The translations under genes and the position numbers were made by a program. From a virus (Duplodnaviria > Caudoviricetes), in IMG/VR virus record IMGVR_UViG_3300017766_003831, positions 1-39,191 of that record: a stretch of DNA of 39,191 bases; one strand, written 5' to 3'. Position 1 is the first letter of the stretch. Every line of letters starts with the position of its first letter. Shown piece after piece: positions 1 to 9,421 of this stretch. Below the pieces are notes generated by a model. That model was given only the letters and a program-made list of their open reading frames with translations. It did not search any database and was not told the DNA's origin.

Positions 1-1527
1 ATTTTGACGAACAATCTCGTATGGGTTGATTTCTTTAAATGTCAAGAATATTTCTTTTTCCTCGTCAGTTAAAATATAATCAGGTAAACCTAAAACCGAT
101 CCTTGATCTTTTAAAATTTGTTCCCAAACACTATCAATGTTGTATCCTTTTTTCTCAAGTAAATCTTCTAAAATTCTATTACGTTTAATAAAAACACCTT
201 TTGCTGTTTTTAAGTTATAAACATTTGCAGGAATAGGTTCAATTGAAGGAGAAACACCACCTGAAATATGAGCATTCGATACTGTGGGGGCTGGGGCTAG
301 GTGGTGGGTATGTCTTAAGCCTGTTCCTTTACACCATTCTGGTTCACCGTATTGTTCTGCTTGATCACGAGATGCTTTTAATGCTTCTTTTTCAATAAAT
401 TCAAATATTATTCTTGTATAAGCATTTGCTTGAATACCTACAAATGGAATATTTTTTGCTTGTAAAAATGTATGCCATCCTAAAACACCTAATCCAATTG
501 CTCTACCTTTAGTAGCTGAACGAACTGTGTTTTCCATGAATTTAATGTTTTTAGCTCTATCAATAAATTCTTGCAATACACCTTCCAAAAACCAAACAGA
601 TAGTTCAGGTAAAGTCATTCCATTTTTAAATTTAAAATCTTTCCATTCATCCCAACGAGCTAAATTTAATGAAGATAAACAACAAATAAATGAATGTAAT
701 TCATCTGTATAAAGAGCAATTTCAGTACAAATATTAGTCATTGATACTTGTAAATTATTCTTTTTATATGCTTCAGGATTTGCTTTATTAACATTATCTC
801 CAAACATAATGTAAGGTTCACCTGTTTCAAGACGTGTTTTCAATATTTCACCCCATAATTTTAATGCTTTAGGATCTTTATTTTCTAATTTATCCATAAA
901 TTCATCATCAATAACAACACACTGATGTAAATTTAAGCACTGACGATTAACATCCCCTTTAGGACGGCGAATCATTAAAAATTCTTCCATGTCTGGGTGG
1001 TTAATGTTTAAATTAACCGATGCTGCTCCTCTACGTACTGAACCTTGATTAGTTGCTAATATAGTTGAATCATAAATTTTAGCCCAAGGAACTACACCTT
1101 CACTTACACCATTGTCTTTAATTTGTTTTCCTCTGCCTCTAATTCTTGATAAACCAATCCCAACTCCACCACCTTGAGAAGATAATCTCATTAATTCAGA
1201 GTTTGCATCAGCAATTCCTTCAATTGAATCACCTACATCAATTCCAAAACATGAAATAGGCATTCCACGTTCAGTACCCATGTTTGATAAAACAGGTGAT
1301 GCTAAACATAACCAATTTCTTTCTATTGCTTCGTAAAAGAATTGTTGTAAATCTTTACGTTTTAATCGGCGGGCTGCAAATTTGCTTACTCGTTTATAAG
1401 CATCAAAAACATTTTCGTCTGGGAGAAGGTATCCTTTTGATATCATACTTAGTCCTATTTCATCGAGCCATAAAGGAAAATCACGGTTTGGTTTCCAATT
1501 TAATGTGTTTGTTTCAATTTTACTCAT
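1..1527 (-). CDS. nrdA: Ribonucleotide reductase class I alpha subunit (3' end runs off the window; no ATP cone)
   Basis: Missing from the ORF track because it has no stop in the window. Manual translation from the ATG at 1527 is open to position 1: MSKIETNTLNWKPNRDFP...SPVLSN...PISCF...GGGVG...QGSVRRGA...TNICTEI...CCLSSLNL...RAIGLGVLG...APTVSNA..SGGVSPSIEP. These are canonical RNR alpha motifs, including the NxCxE active site. Confidence 0.96.
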   Translation of the reverse strand, partial: MSKIETNTLNWKPNRDFPLWLDEIGLSMISKGYLLPDENVFDAYKRVSKFAARRLKRKDLQQFFYEAIERNWLCLASPVLSNMGTERGMPISCFGIDVGDSIEGIADANSELMRLSSQGGGVGIGLSRIRGRGKQIKDNGVSEGVVPWAKIYDSTILATNQGSVRRGAASVNLNINHPDMEEFLMIRRPKGDVNRQCLNLHQCVVIDDEFMDKLENKDPKALKLWGEILKTRLETGEPYIMFGDNVNKANPEAYKKNNLQVSMTNICTEIALYTDELHSFICCLSSLNLARWDEWKDFKFKNGMTLPELSVWFLEGVLQEFIDRAKNIKFMENTVRSATKGRAIGLGVLGWHTFLQAKNIPFVGIQANAYTRIIFEFIEKEALKASRDQAEQYGEPEWCKGTGLRHTHHLAPAPTVSNAHISGGVSPSIEPIPANVYNLKTAKGVFIKRNRILEDLLEKKGYNIDSVWEQILKDQGSVLGLPDYILTDEEKEIFLTFKEINPYEIVRQN

Positions 1528-2243
1528 ATTATTCGTTTTCTATTTTTTGATTTTTTGTTAATTTTACCATAATTAGGATTAGGTTCAAATTTAATTTCAA
1601 ATCCTTCCCATTTAAATGGTTTATTACATTTAGGATTTTTACTTATTTTACCTTTATTAACCCAATTCCTTATTGTTAACTCATTTACTCCCCATTTTAT
1701 TAATGATTTAATATTTTTAAATTCTAATTGACTATTTAATGGATCTATCAAAATGTATTTACCTTTACTTGTTCCAAAATTACCTGCTAATTCTCCTGGT
1801 CTTTTAACACCATACATAGGATGCTTAGGGCCTTCCATAGGTTCAATAAATTTTAAATAAAATTCTTCATCAGATAAATTTTGGATATTTTTAATTATGG
1901 TTTGTTTTCGTTTTTCTATAATCTCAGGAGACCATTTTTTATTATTTTTACTTTCTTTGATTCTTTTAATTTTTAACTCTTCAATAGCTTGTTTTTTATT
2001 TCCATCAATTCCACTCATTAATCTATATGATATCCAATTATTATTTGTTGGTAACCATTTATATAAAAGAAAGTGAGCAAAAACATGTTGTTGATATGTT
2101 AATATTATTAAATTATTTTCACCGTCATCTCCTCCAGATGATTTAGGTATAATATGATGTTTATGATATATTTTACCTTCTTCTATTGGTTGATTTTGAC
2201 AATTTTCAATATGTTTGTAATATAATTTTTTCCAATCTATCAT
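1524..2243 (-). CDS. Free-standing HNH homing endonuclease, MobE-like, with NUMOD3-like C-terminal segment
   Basis: HKHHIIPKSSGG..ENNLIILT..QHVFAH HNH motif resembling T4 MobE; HPMYG NUMOD3-like motif; lies between nrdB and nrdA with an ATGA overlap at the nrdA start. The ORF track starts at 2258; the ATG at 2243 (MIDWKK) is preferred because the promoter motif overlaps the upstream ATG. Confidence 0.85.
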   Translation of the reverse strand: MIDWKKLYYKHIENCQNQPIEEGKIYHKHHIIPKSSGGDDGENNLIILTYQQHVFAHFLLYKWLPTNNNWISYRLMSGIDGNKKQAIEELKIKRIKESKNNKKWSPEIIEKRKQTIIKNIQNLSDEEFYLKFIEPMEGPKHPMYGVKRPGELAGNFGTSKGKYILIDPLNSQLEFKNIKSLIKWGVNELTIRNWVNKGKISKNPKCNKPFKWEGFEIKFEPNPNYGKINKKSKNRKRII

Positions 2244-2269
2244 AATATTATTTATCATAAATATTATGA
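2240..2269 (-). promoter_or_regulatory. Start-codon-sequestering hairpin overlapping a promoter motif
   Basis: Perfect 10-bp inverted repeat TCATAATATT (2240-2249) / AATATTATGA (2260-2269) contains the ATG at 2243-2241. The ATATTTAT promoter motif is at 2257-2264. Confidence 0.55.
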
Positions 2270-2292
2270 CTTTTTGTAAAAAAGTCTTTATA

Positions 2293-3243
2293 TTAAAGAT
2301 CTGACCAGTCAGCTGTTGACTTACTATAATCAGTTACACGTGAAGCGAAAAAATCGGTGTGGCTTCTACCACTTGTTAAATGACCAAACCATTCCATCTG
2401 TTTTAATAAATTTGGATCAATATCATTATAAATTGCTTGATATCCTAATTCAACTAATTTTTCATTTGCTCTTGCTTTAATAAATGCTTTTAATTGTTCT
2501 TTATTTAAACCATCTATATCTCCCATTTCAAATGCTTTTTCAATAAAGTCAAATTCTAATTGAACAGATAATTGACAAGCTTCTATAATTTTGTCTCTCA
2601 ATTCAAATGTATCTAAATCCGGACGTTCTTTTAGTAATGTTTTAAATAACCAACATCCTGCTTTTGAATGTAATGATTCATCTCTTACACTCCATTCAAC
2701 CACTTGAGCAGTACCTTTCATTAAATTACGTAATTGAAATGACATTAGCACGGCAAATGAGCTAAATAGATTTACACCTTCTGTAAAAGCAGAAAATATA
2801 GCTAATGAAATTGCTTGCTCTTCAATTGTGTTACCTTGTACTTCAATTAGTCGTTCAATTTTGTTTTTTGATGTTTCATCTTCTAAAAATGCTTGAAAAT
2901 TATCCAAACCTAATTCTTCATTTAAGCGAGCGTATGCTTCAGCATGTATAGATTCGAAATCAGCAAAAGCACGAGCCATCGCTTGTATTTCAGGTTTTGG
3001 AAACCAAACAGATACTTTTGTTGACCAATAATCATTTACGTGTACTTCTGTTTGAGCAAATGACTTTAAAATATTTCCAATTAAATTTTTTTCAGATTCT
3101 GTTAGTTTCAATTTCCAATCATTTAAGTCTGATGATAATGGTACTTCATCAGCAATCCAGTGTGCTCTGTGTTGATCTTTGTAAAAATTGAATGCTTCTT
3201 GGTATTCGAATGGTTTGTAAAATATTCGTGGTTCTGTAATCAT
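2293..3243 (-). CDS. nrdB: Ribonucleotide reductase class I beta subunit
   Basis: Ferritin-like dimetal ligands FAQTE, ESIHAEAY (radical Tyr), FTEG..LFSSF, RDESLH; C-terminal DFFASRVTDY. Confidence 0.96.
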   Translation of the reverse strand: MITEPRIFYKPFEYQEAFNFYKDQHRAHWIADEVPLSSDLNDWKLKLTESEKNLIGNILKSFAQTEVHVNDYWSTKVSVWFPKPEIQAMARAFADFESIHAEAYARLNEELGLDNFQAFLEDETSKNKIERLIEVQGNTIEEQAISLAIFSAFTEGVNLFSSFAVLMSFQLRNLMKGTAQVVEWSVRDESLHSKAGCWLFKTLLKERPDLDTFELRDKIIEACQLSVQLEFDFIEKAFEMGDIDGLNKEQLKAFIKARANEKLVELGYQAIYNDIDPNLLKQMEWFGHLTSGRSHTDFFASRVTDYSKSTADWSDL

Positions 3244-4619
3244 GATAAAGTTTGTTTTAATTCAAAAAATTTATTTTTTAATAATTCTTTTTCTTCTTTA
3301 TTTATTTCATTGAAGTTATTATTTTTGGGTTTAGGTGGGGGTAAATTAGATTCTCCATCTTCATCTAATTCAAATAACTCAAAGAAACCAGTAGATGTAT
3401 CTATAGTAGCATTATATGTCATACCATCCATTCCGTATCTATTTTTCATTATGTGGAATCTTCCAGTTCCGTTAACTTTATCTTCTTTTTTTCTTGATAA
3501 AGATGCACAAAAATCAGTAATCATTATTTTATTATAACTTCCTGCGGCTTTGTCACCCTCAATAATATCATCTTTGGCACCCATTCTATTAACCTGAGAT
3601 ACTGACCATACAGGTATATTCAACTCTCGGGCTAATCCTTTGGTACTAACATAAATATCATCTAGTTCTTCTTTTATTTCTTTACTTTTTCTATTTGATG
3701 AAAGTAGATCAACATAGTCAATAATAACTAAATCTGGGTTAAATCCCATATCTATGCATTTCTGTATATGCGATTCTAAAGTAGATATAGTAGCTTTTTT
3801 GGGTGAATATTCTTTAATAATTAACTGTCCAGGAATATCCGGTATTATAGATTCTACTTTAGCTCTTTGAGCAAATATAGTATTTACAGGAATTTGAGTA
3901 AAATAGGCATCATAACGACGTCCTACATACTCTGAACCTAATTCTAAAGTATAGTGTATTACATTGTATCCCATTTTTAGGGCATATCCTCCTAGTGCTA
4001 TTAAACTCCATGATTTACCACCACCTGGATTTCCAAATATTAGTCCAAAATCACCATTACCTAATCCACCTTGCAACAATTCATTAAATTGAGGCCATGG
4101 GGTTGGTACTGATACTCTATGGTCTTCTCTATAGCGTGATTCAATGTCTTTATTGTATTCGTTTCCTATATGTTTATCATTTCCTGCTTTTAAAGCATTA
4201 TCGATTAATAGACGGATAGAATCGTAATCACTAACTTTTAATAAATCTACTGATTTTGAAATTGCTTTTTTAAGTTGTTGATTTTTACAAAATCTAGAAA
4301 ATTCTTCTTCAATGTATTTTAGATCTTCATCAGATGTTTTATAAGCTTCTCTAACTTGTTCTTTGATAGATAATTGTAAAACTTCATTTTCTATTTTTTT
4401 CAATTCTACCTTTAACACTTCCATAGTGGGATTAGTGTGGTATTTTTCATAATATTTTAAGATTTCTTTAATAATCCATTTTGCTCCTTGATTATCAAAA
4501 AATTCATCACTTAAAACATCATGAATATTTTGTAAAAATATTTTATCAGTTAATAAAGCGGAAAGGACTTTAGTTTGAAAACCAGTTCCATACTGGTTTA
4601 TACTTGAAAGAGTAGTCAT
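3240..4619 (-). CDS. dnaB: Replicative DNA helicase, DnaB/gp41-like
   Basis: Walker A GNPGGGKS, YTLEL, Walker B VIIDYVDLL, SQVNR, KNRYG. Confidence 0.93.
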   Translation of the reverse strand: MTTLSSINQYGTGFQTKVLSALLTDKIFLQNIHDVLSDEFFDNQGAKWIIKEILKYYEKYHTNPTMEVLKVELKKIENEVLQLSIKEQVREAYKTSDEDLKYIEEEFSRFCKNQQLKKAISKSVDLLKVSDYDSIRLLIDNALKAGNDKHIGNEYNKDIESRYREDHRVSVPTPWPQFNELLQGGLGNGDFGLIFGNPGGGKSWSLIALGGYALKMGYNVIHYTLELGSEYVGRRYDAYFTQIPVNTIFAQRAKVESIIPDIPGQLIIKEYSPKKATISTLESHIQKCIDMGFNPDLVIIDYVDLLSSNRKSKEIKEELDDIYVSTKGLARELNIPVWSVSQVNRMGAKDDIIEGDKAAGSYNKIMITDFCASLSRKKEDKVNGTGRFHIMKNRYGMDGMTYNATIDTSTGFFELFELDEDGESNLPPPKPKNNNFNEINKEEKELLKNKFFELKQTLS

Positions 4620-4627
4620 TTAATAAA

Positions 4628-5665
4628 TTATTTATTGATATTATTTAAAGTATTGAAAGTATCTCGTAACCAAAATGAAGGATTCTTTATAGTTTTATTC
4701 AAACCATCTTCGTTATATAATCTTAAAAAAGATTCAATCTTTAAAGTTTCTGTAGGAGATTTTATTAAATTATCTAGGAGTTCTTTTTCATTTTCATCTA
4801 GTAAAGGATTATGTAAATCCATAACTTTATATTGATTTTCCAAATCTTTTGTTCCAAAAACTACTCTAGAATATATAACATGTTTATCATATTTTTCTTT
4901 ACTAATTTCTAAAATACTATTTAAAGTTAATTTAGATTCAGACAATTCAGGAAAAAATTTTAGTAATTTTCCTTTACCCAAACCTTTAACACCAGGTAAT
5001 TTATCCGAACCATCTCCTACTAATGTTTTATAAAGAATAAAATTTTCAGGAAAAACACCATATTCTTGTTTTACTTTATCAGGTGTGTAAAATTCTTTTT
5101 TTACAGGTCTATATAAAGTAATTCTTTTATCAATTAATTGAATAAAATCTTGATCAGCAGAAACTATAAATACTTTAGAAGTATATTGTAAAGTTAAACT
5201 TTTACTTAAATAAGCTATTATATCATCAGCTTCAACTTTATCTAAAGATATTACTTTGATTGGTAAACATTTTAAATAATGAATTAATCTAACTATTTGA
5301 TCTATTTTAGCCGAATTTTCTTCTTCTAAATTATTAAATATATCCCAATTAGTAAGTCTAGTAATATTTCTTCCGGATTTATATTCAGGAATAAGGTTCT
5401 TTCTATTAGTAGAAGAACCTTTTCCATCAAATGTGATATAAACTGATGTTGGTTTTATGGTGTGAATTAATGTTCCTAAAGATTTTAAGAATCCACCTAA
5501 ACCACCTATATGAACCCCTTCTTCATTAACAAAATTTATCATAGAAAAATTTCTAAGAAATAAATTAAGTCCATCAATGATCATTACTCGGTCATGGGGA
5601 TCAAAAGTAGATTCTTTACTATCTAAAGTTATTCCATCTAAAAGTTTAAACAAATTTTTATCCAT
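4628..5665 (-). CDS. 5'-3' exonuclease / flap endonuclease (T4 RNase H, Pol I N-terminal-like)
   Basis: IIDGLNLF, FDGKG, RK..PEYKSGR, EADDIIAY, SADQDF.QL, helix-hairpin-helix GDGSDKLPGVKGLG. Confidence 0.92.
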   Translation of the reverse strand: MDKNLFKLLDGITLDSKESTFDPHDRVMIIDGLNLFLRNFSMINFVNEEGVHIGGLGGFLKSLGTLIHTIKPTSVYITFDGKGSSTNRKNLIPEYKSGRNITRLTNWDIFNNLEEENSAKIDQIVRLIHYLKCLPIKVISLDKVEADDIIAYLSKSLTLQYTSKVFIVSADQDFIQLIDKRITLYRPVKKEFYTPDKVKQEYGVFPENFILYKTLVGDGSDKLPGVKGLGKGKLLKFFPELSESKLTLNSILEISKEKYDKHVIYSRVVFGTKDLENQYKVMDLHNPLLDENEKELLDNLIKSPTETLKIESFLRLYNEDGLNKTIKNPSFWLRDTFNTLNNINK

Positions 5666-5666
5666 A

Positions 5667-6758
5667 TTAATTTTCTTCTATTTCTAATAAATCAGAAATA
5701 TCTTTTTTCTCGTCCCAATCTGAGTTATCTTCTTTTATTTGGGTTTCACCTTCACCTAAAATATTAAACCATTCATGAGAATGTTCTTTTTTATATTTTG
5801 TTAAAGCTAATGTAGTATCCTCAATAAAACCATGTACTGTACTAACAATTGTTCCTTTAGTTGTGATTCCGTTAACGTGGTTTTTATCACACGATATTTT
5901 GGTTCTTAAAGCAAATTCTACTTCTTTTTTATCTTTAATAGCTTTAATTTTACTTGTACCACTATTTGTGACGTTACCAAATGTTAATACTAATGAAGCA
6001 TCATAAAAGAAAGTATCTCCACCTTTATTAGTCATTCTAGGTCTAGCCATAGGACCTTCAGCAGGAGAAACACCTGTTTTATTAATAATTAAAAATGTAT
6101 TAGTATATTTTTGATCTTCTTTTCGAGATAATACAATTTTTTGATTAACAAAATTACCAAATTGTGTAGCAATAGCTCCAGCGTTCCACATTGGGTTATT
6201 TTTACCTTGATCTATACTCATTTGACATGGAATAGAACCTACTGAATCCCAAACAAATAGTAAATCGTATGGTAAATTTCCTTTATGTTGTTCAGTTAGT
6301 AGATCAACCATAAAATCAGCAATATCTTCAATAGAATTTAGGGTACTTCTATCTCTATAGATAAAAAATCCACTATAATCTACTGTTTCACCATTGTCAT
6401 CTTTAATTTCTTCCATTTCGAATCCCATTGTTTTAAAATGGTTCCAATCATGTTTCATCTCGGTAATCATCAAAACAGGAAGAATTCCCATTTTTTGAGC
6501 ACTAACTATGGCTTCAATAGATGTAGTAGATTTTCCAGTATTGCTTTTTCCCCTAATCATAGTTATATGACCCATAGGGATTCCCGGTAGTGATAAGGCA
6601 TCTTGCAATGCCTTAGATACCGGAATCCATTTTTGATCTTTAAACTTAACACTATTGTTAAGCATCTTTTTCTCTTTAAATTTATTAAGATCGAAAGATT
6701 TTTTAAGTTCATTGGATATCGCTTCCGTTAAGGAAGTGTCTTTTTCCTTTTTAGCCAT
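5667..6758 (-). CDS. recA: RecA/UvsX-like recombinase
   Basis: GIPMGHIT.I.GKSNTGKS Walker A, WDSVG Walker B, GG..F.YDASL and KNHV RecA-family motifs. Confidence 0.88.
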   Translation of the reverse strand: MAKKEKDTSLTEAISNELKKSFDLNKFKEKKMLNNSVKFKDQKWIPVSKALQDALSLPGIPMGHITMIRGKSNTGKSTTSIEAIVSAQKMGILPVLMITEMKHDWNHFKTMGFEMEEIKDDNGETVDYSGFFIYRDRSTLNSIEDIADFMVDLLTEQHKGNLPYDLLFVWDSVGSIPCQMSIDQGKNNPMWNAGAIATQFGNFVNQKIVLSRKEDQKYTNTFLIINKTGVSPAEGPMARPRMTNKGGDTFFYDASLVLTFGNVTNSGTSKIKAIKDKKEVEFALRTKISCDKNHVNGITTKGTIVSTVHGFIEDTTLALTKYKKEHSHEWFNILGEGETQIKEDNSDWDEKKDISDLLEIEEN

Positions 6759-6777
6759 TTTTTATATAATTTTTTAA

Positions 6778-7617
6778 TTAATCTTCTTCGAATAAAGCAT
6801 CAAATTTGTCTGCTTTATTTTGAGGTTTAGCAGCTGGTGCTTTGAACGAATATTTTTTATTCGATTCTTCCTTTTTATCACCTTCCCAAGGTAAATCATT
6901 ACTTAAATCTTTCTCATCATCAATGATTTCATTTTCTTCAGTTTCTTCTTCCTCTTCAGGAGTTAAAAATGATTGAAGAGCTGTTTTCATTTCATCAAAA
7001 GAATAATGTTTGTATTCTTCAATAGGGTTAGGCTGTTCTTCAAGGAATTTCTTAATATACTCTTTACTATCAGCAATTGGTGTTTGTTTAGTTTTAGCTC
7101 TAACAGTTGATTTGTTATAAGCAGTCCCTGTAACTTCTGGTCCTACAGTATCTACTGTAATATCTCTACCTTCACTAATATCAGTATAGTCTCCAATATC
7201 TTCATCTTCGGCCATACTTAACAATTCCATATATGTTTCTTTTCCAAATTGCCACAATCTAACTCCTTTATCTTCTTCACCTCTAACAATAACCGGAGCA
7301 AAAACTCTCATTTTAGGATCAAGTTTTTTAGCTAATTGCCAATTTTCTTTATTGCTTGAAGATCTAAGTTGTTTAACAAATTCAGCAATTGGATCTTTTT
7401 CACCCCAAGATAATGGTGAAATCATTACTTTATTTCCAATATTATAATAGAAATATACTTCCGAAAAAGGATTTTTCTTATTAAATTTGGAAGGAAGAAT
7501 TCTAATTACTTGTTTACCAATGCTTGGTTTCCATTGTTTAGATTCTTTTTTTTCACCTTTCTTTCCAGGTTTTTGTTGTAGCGAACTTAATTTGCTACGG
7601 ATTTCATTGATGTCCAT
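6778..7617 (-). CDS. Single-stranded DNA-binding protein, T4 gp32-like
   Basis: WKP..G.Q.IRILP, DPIAE, LWQFGK, D.TD..EGRDI, acidic C-terminus ending KFDALFEED; adjacent to the recombinase. Confidence 0.85.
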   Translation of the reverse strand: MDINEIRSKLSSLQQKPGKKGEKKESKQWKPSIGKQVIRILPSKFNKKNPFSEVYFYYNIGNKVMISPLSWGEKDPIAEFVKQLRSSSNKENWQLAKKLDPKMRVFAPVIVRGEEDKGVRLWQFGKETYMELLSMAEDEDIGDYTDISEGRDITVDTVGPEVTGTAYNKSTVRAKTKQTPIADSKEYIKKFLEEQPNPIEEYKHYSFDEMKTALQSFLTPEEEEETEENEIIDDEKDLSNDLPWEGDKKEESNKKYSFKAPAAKPQNKADKFDALFEED

Positions 7618-7648
7618 TTTTATAACAGTTTATTGGTTTTTTAATAAG

Positions 7649-7679
7649 TAAATATACAAACAAATTTTTAATTATCAAA
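7649..7679 (-). promoter_or_regulatory. Putative promoter TTTG-N19-TATATTTA
   Basis: Minus-strand TTTG (7679-7676), 19-nt spacer, TATATTTA (7656-7649), about 30 nt upstream of the SSB start; geometry resembles the Bacteroidota -33/-7 consensus. Confidence 0.55.
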
Positions 7680-7680
7680 A

Positions 7681-8136
7681 TTAAATTTCGACAATTTTGT
7701 ATATTTTAGTCTTTAGTTGCTTTAACTCTCCTTTTTGAGTAATTAAAATACTATTTCTATAATCATTCCAGTTGATTTGGAAATTCTTATCTTCAATACC
7801 ACCATTTAGTGTTTTAACTAATTCATTAAGAGCATTTAAAGAGTATAAAGTATTACTTTCTTTTTTTCTATGTACTAAAACAGTATTATCTATTATACTA
7901 TCAACATTTCCTGTCTCAATGTTGTATGTACAAACATATTCATCATTACTTAATACGCGTAGTACAAATATTTTTTTATATAAAATGGAATATCGTCTTG
8001 ATATATCTGATAACAAATTATCTATGTTAGATAAATCTGTAAATGTGCAAAGTAGTCTATTATTCACAAAAGTTGAATCGTTAATATTATTTATAAAGTC
8101 ATATTTATTATAAATATTAATGTCTTGTAAAAGCAT
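7681..8136 (-). CDS. Conserved hypothetical phage protein (true start possibly GTG at 8067)
   Basis: ORF with LLCTF and HRKKESNTLYSLNALN motifs within the replication block. A promoter motif at 8109-8117 lies inside the annotated 5' end. Confidence 0.7.
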   Translation of the reverse strand: MLLQDINIYNKYDFINNINDSTFVNNRLLCTFTDLSNIDNLLSDISRRYSILYKKIFVLRVLSNDEYVCTYNIETGNVDSIIDNTVLVHRKKESNTLYSLNALNELVKTLNGGIEDKNFQINWNDYRNSILITQKGELKQLKTKIYKIVEI

Positions 8137-9400
8137 AATTTTTTCCTTTTTGTTGTTTATATTTTAATTTATTATTCTTAAATATATTTTCTATTTCTAT
8201 TAATATATTTTCTTCATTCTCATCAATATCAAATAAAAACGCATCATAAGTATACAACACCAGTTGAGTATTTTTTCCATTTAATAATTTTAATATATCC
8301 CATAACATATTAACATTACTAAAAGTTTCTTGATTCTGCAACAGATAATTAAATAGCTTAGAAGCATTCATATCTTTTAATTTATCTTTATAAAAAACAT
8401 GATTTGATCCAGGGCATGTAAACCTACCTTCAGTTTGAAATTCCTCCCATATTTTATTTGTATATTCTTTTATTAATTTAAAAAATTCAATGTGTTCATA
8501 TTGTTTATATATCCCACCATATAGTTGTTTAAACATGAGTATTTTAGCCTCTCCTACATCTATATTAGCTTCATGAGCAAAATATTCGTATGGATTTATT
8601 TCTCCAAAATCATATCCTACTAATTTAGAAGCTAATACCGGGTGATAAGCAGTAAAATCGTATTCTACAAATATGTTATTTTTAGGTATAAATGATTTTC
8701 TACAACCCGTATCCTTATTTAAAGCAGCAAAGTTGATAGAGTTAAAACTATTGGCGGGCCTTCCGGTTGTAGTATGTAAATTATAGTTGGTGTATATTGT
8801 GTTATATTGTATATTAAATGATTTATTGTCAATATAAAAGTATTTATCAAATATGTTTTCATCTATTTTAATACCGTTATTTTCAATTATAAAAAATATT
8901 TTAGCTAATTTACTATAATAACTATTAATTTCTTTACTAAAATTGTTTTTTATATTTTCCCATAGTAATTCACATTTTTCGTAGTGTTTAACTATCGGTA
9001 TAATTTTATTTATGTCGGGTTTTGATTTGTGTTTTTGGTAAAATATGTCGTGAGCTTTTGTTGAAGGTTGTATATACGGAGGTAGGGAGTGTGATATGTC
9101 AATAAAATGCTGTTTCGGAAAAAAATTTATTAATGTTTTGTAATTTCTACAATAAATTGTTTCAATATTTGATAATACTTTTTCTATATGGTTTTTTTCT
9201 ATAGATAATGTTTCATCATGTGAAATGCAAAGCATATATCCTTTATCTCCATTTAATGGTTTAATGTATAATAATGATAAATCATTTAGTAAAGGATGAA
9301 TATTATCATTAAAAAGTATAGGTTCTATAAATACTTCTTGATAGTTTTTATAGTAAAATTCTTTTAATTGATTTAAAGACTCTATTAACCAGTATAACAT
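8117..9400 (-). CDS. polA: Divergent family A DNA polymerase (short, altered motifs)
   Basis: TTTGRP.N...INFAALNK, motif A VEYDFTAYH, motif B AKILMFKQLYG, NYLLQ, motif C LYTYDAFLFD. Confidence 0.8.
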   Translation of the reverse strand: MLYWLIESLNQLKEFYYKNYQEVFIEPILFNDNIHPLLNDLSLLYIKPLNGDKGYMLCISHDETLSIEKNHIEKVLSNIETIYCRNYKTLINFFPKQHFIDISHSLPPYIQPSTKAHDIFYQKHKSKPDINKIIPIVKHYEKCELLWENIKNNFSKEINSYYSKLAKIFFIIENNGIKIDENIFDKYFYIDNKSFNIQYNTIYTNYNLHTTTGRPANSFNSINFAALNKDTGCRKSFIPKNNIFVEYDFTAYHPVLASKLVGYDFGEINPYEYFAHEANIDVGEAKILMFKQLYGGIYKQYEHIEFFKLIKEYTNKIWEEFQTEGRFTCPGSNHVFYKDKLKDMNASKLFNYLLQNQETFSNVNMLWDILKLLNGKNTQLVLYTYDAFLFDIDENEENILIEIENIFKNNKLKYKQQKGKNYAFTRH

Positions 9401-9421
9401 TTGTGGTAACCTTTATTTGAT

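Noticed and set aside
2268-2286. GACTTTTT/AAAAAGTC hairpin after nrdB as a terminator
   Set aside because: The stem is weak and mostly A-T, with no following U-tract on the minus strand.
1-3243. Group I intron or split nrdA associated with the HNH gene
   Set aside because: nrdB is complete, nrdA is continuous from its N-terminus to the window edge, and there is no spare non-coding sequence for an intron core.
3240-6758. Inteins in the helicase or recombinase
   Set aside because: Protein lengths are ordinary and no intein splice-junction motifs or insertions are visible.
8101-8117. Palindrome ATATTTAT-T-ATAAATAT and similar AT-only inverted repeats at 18985-19004 and 22517-22545
   Set aside because: These are A/T-only stems in an AT-rich genome built on a nearly self-complementary motif; they cannot be distinguished from chance by eye.
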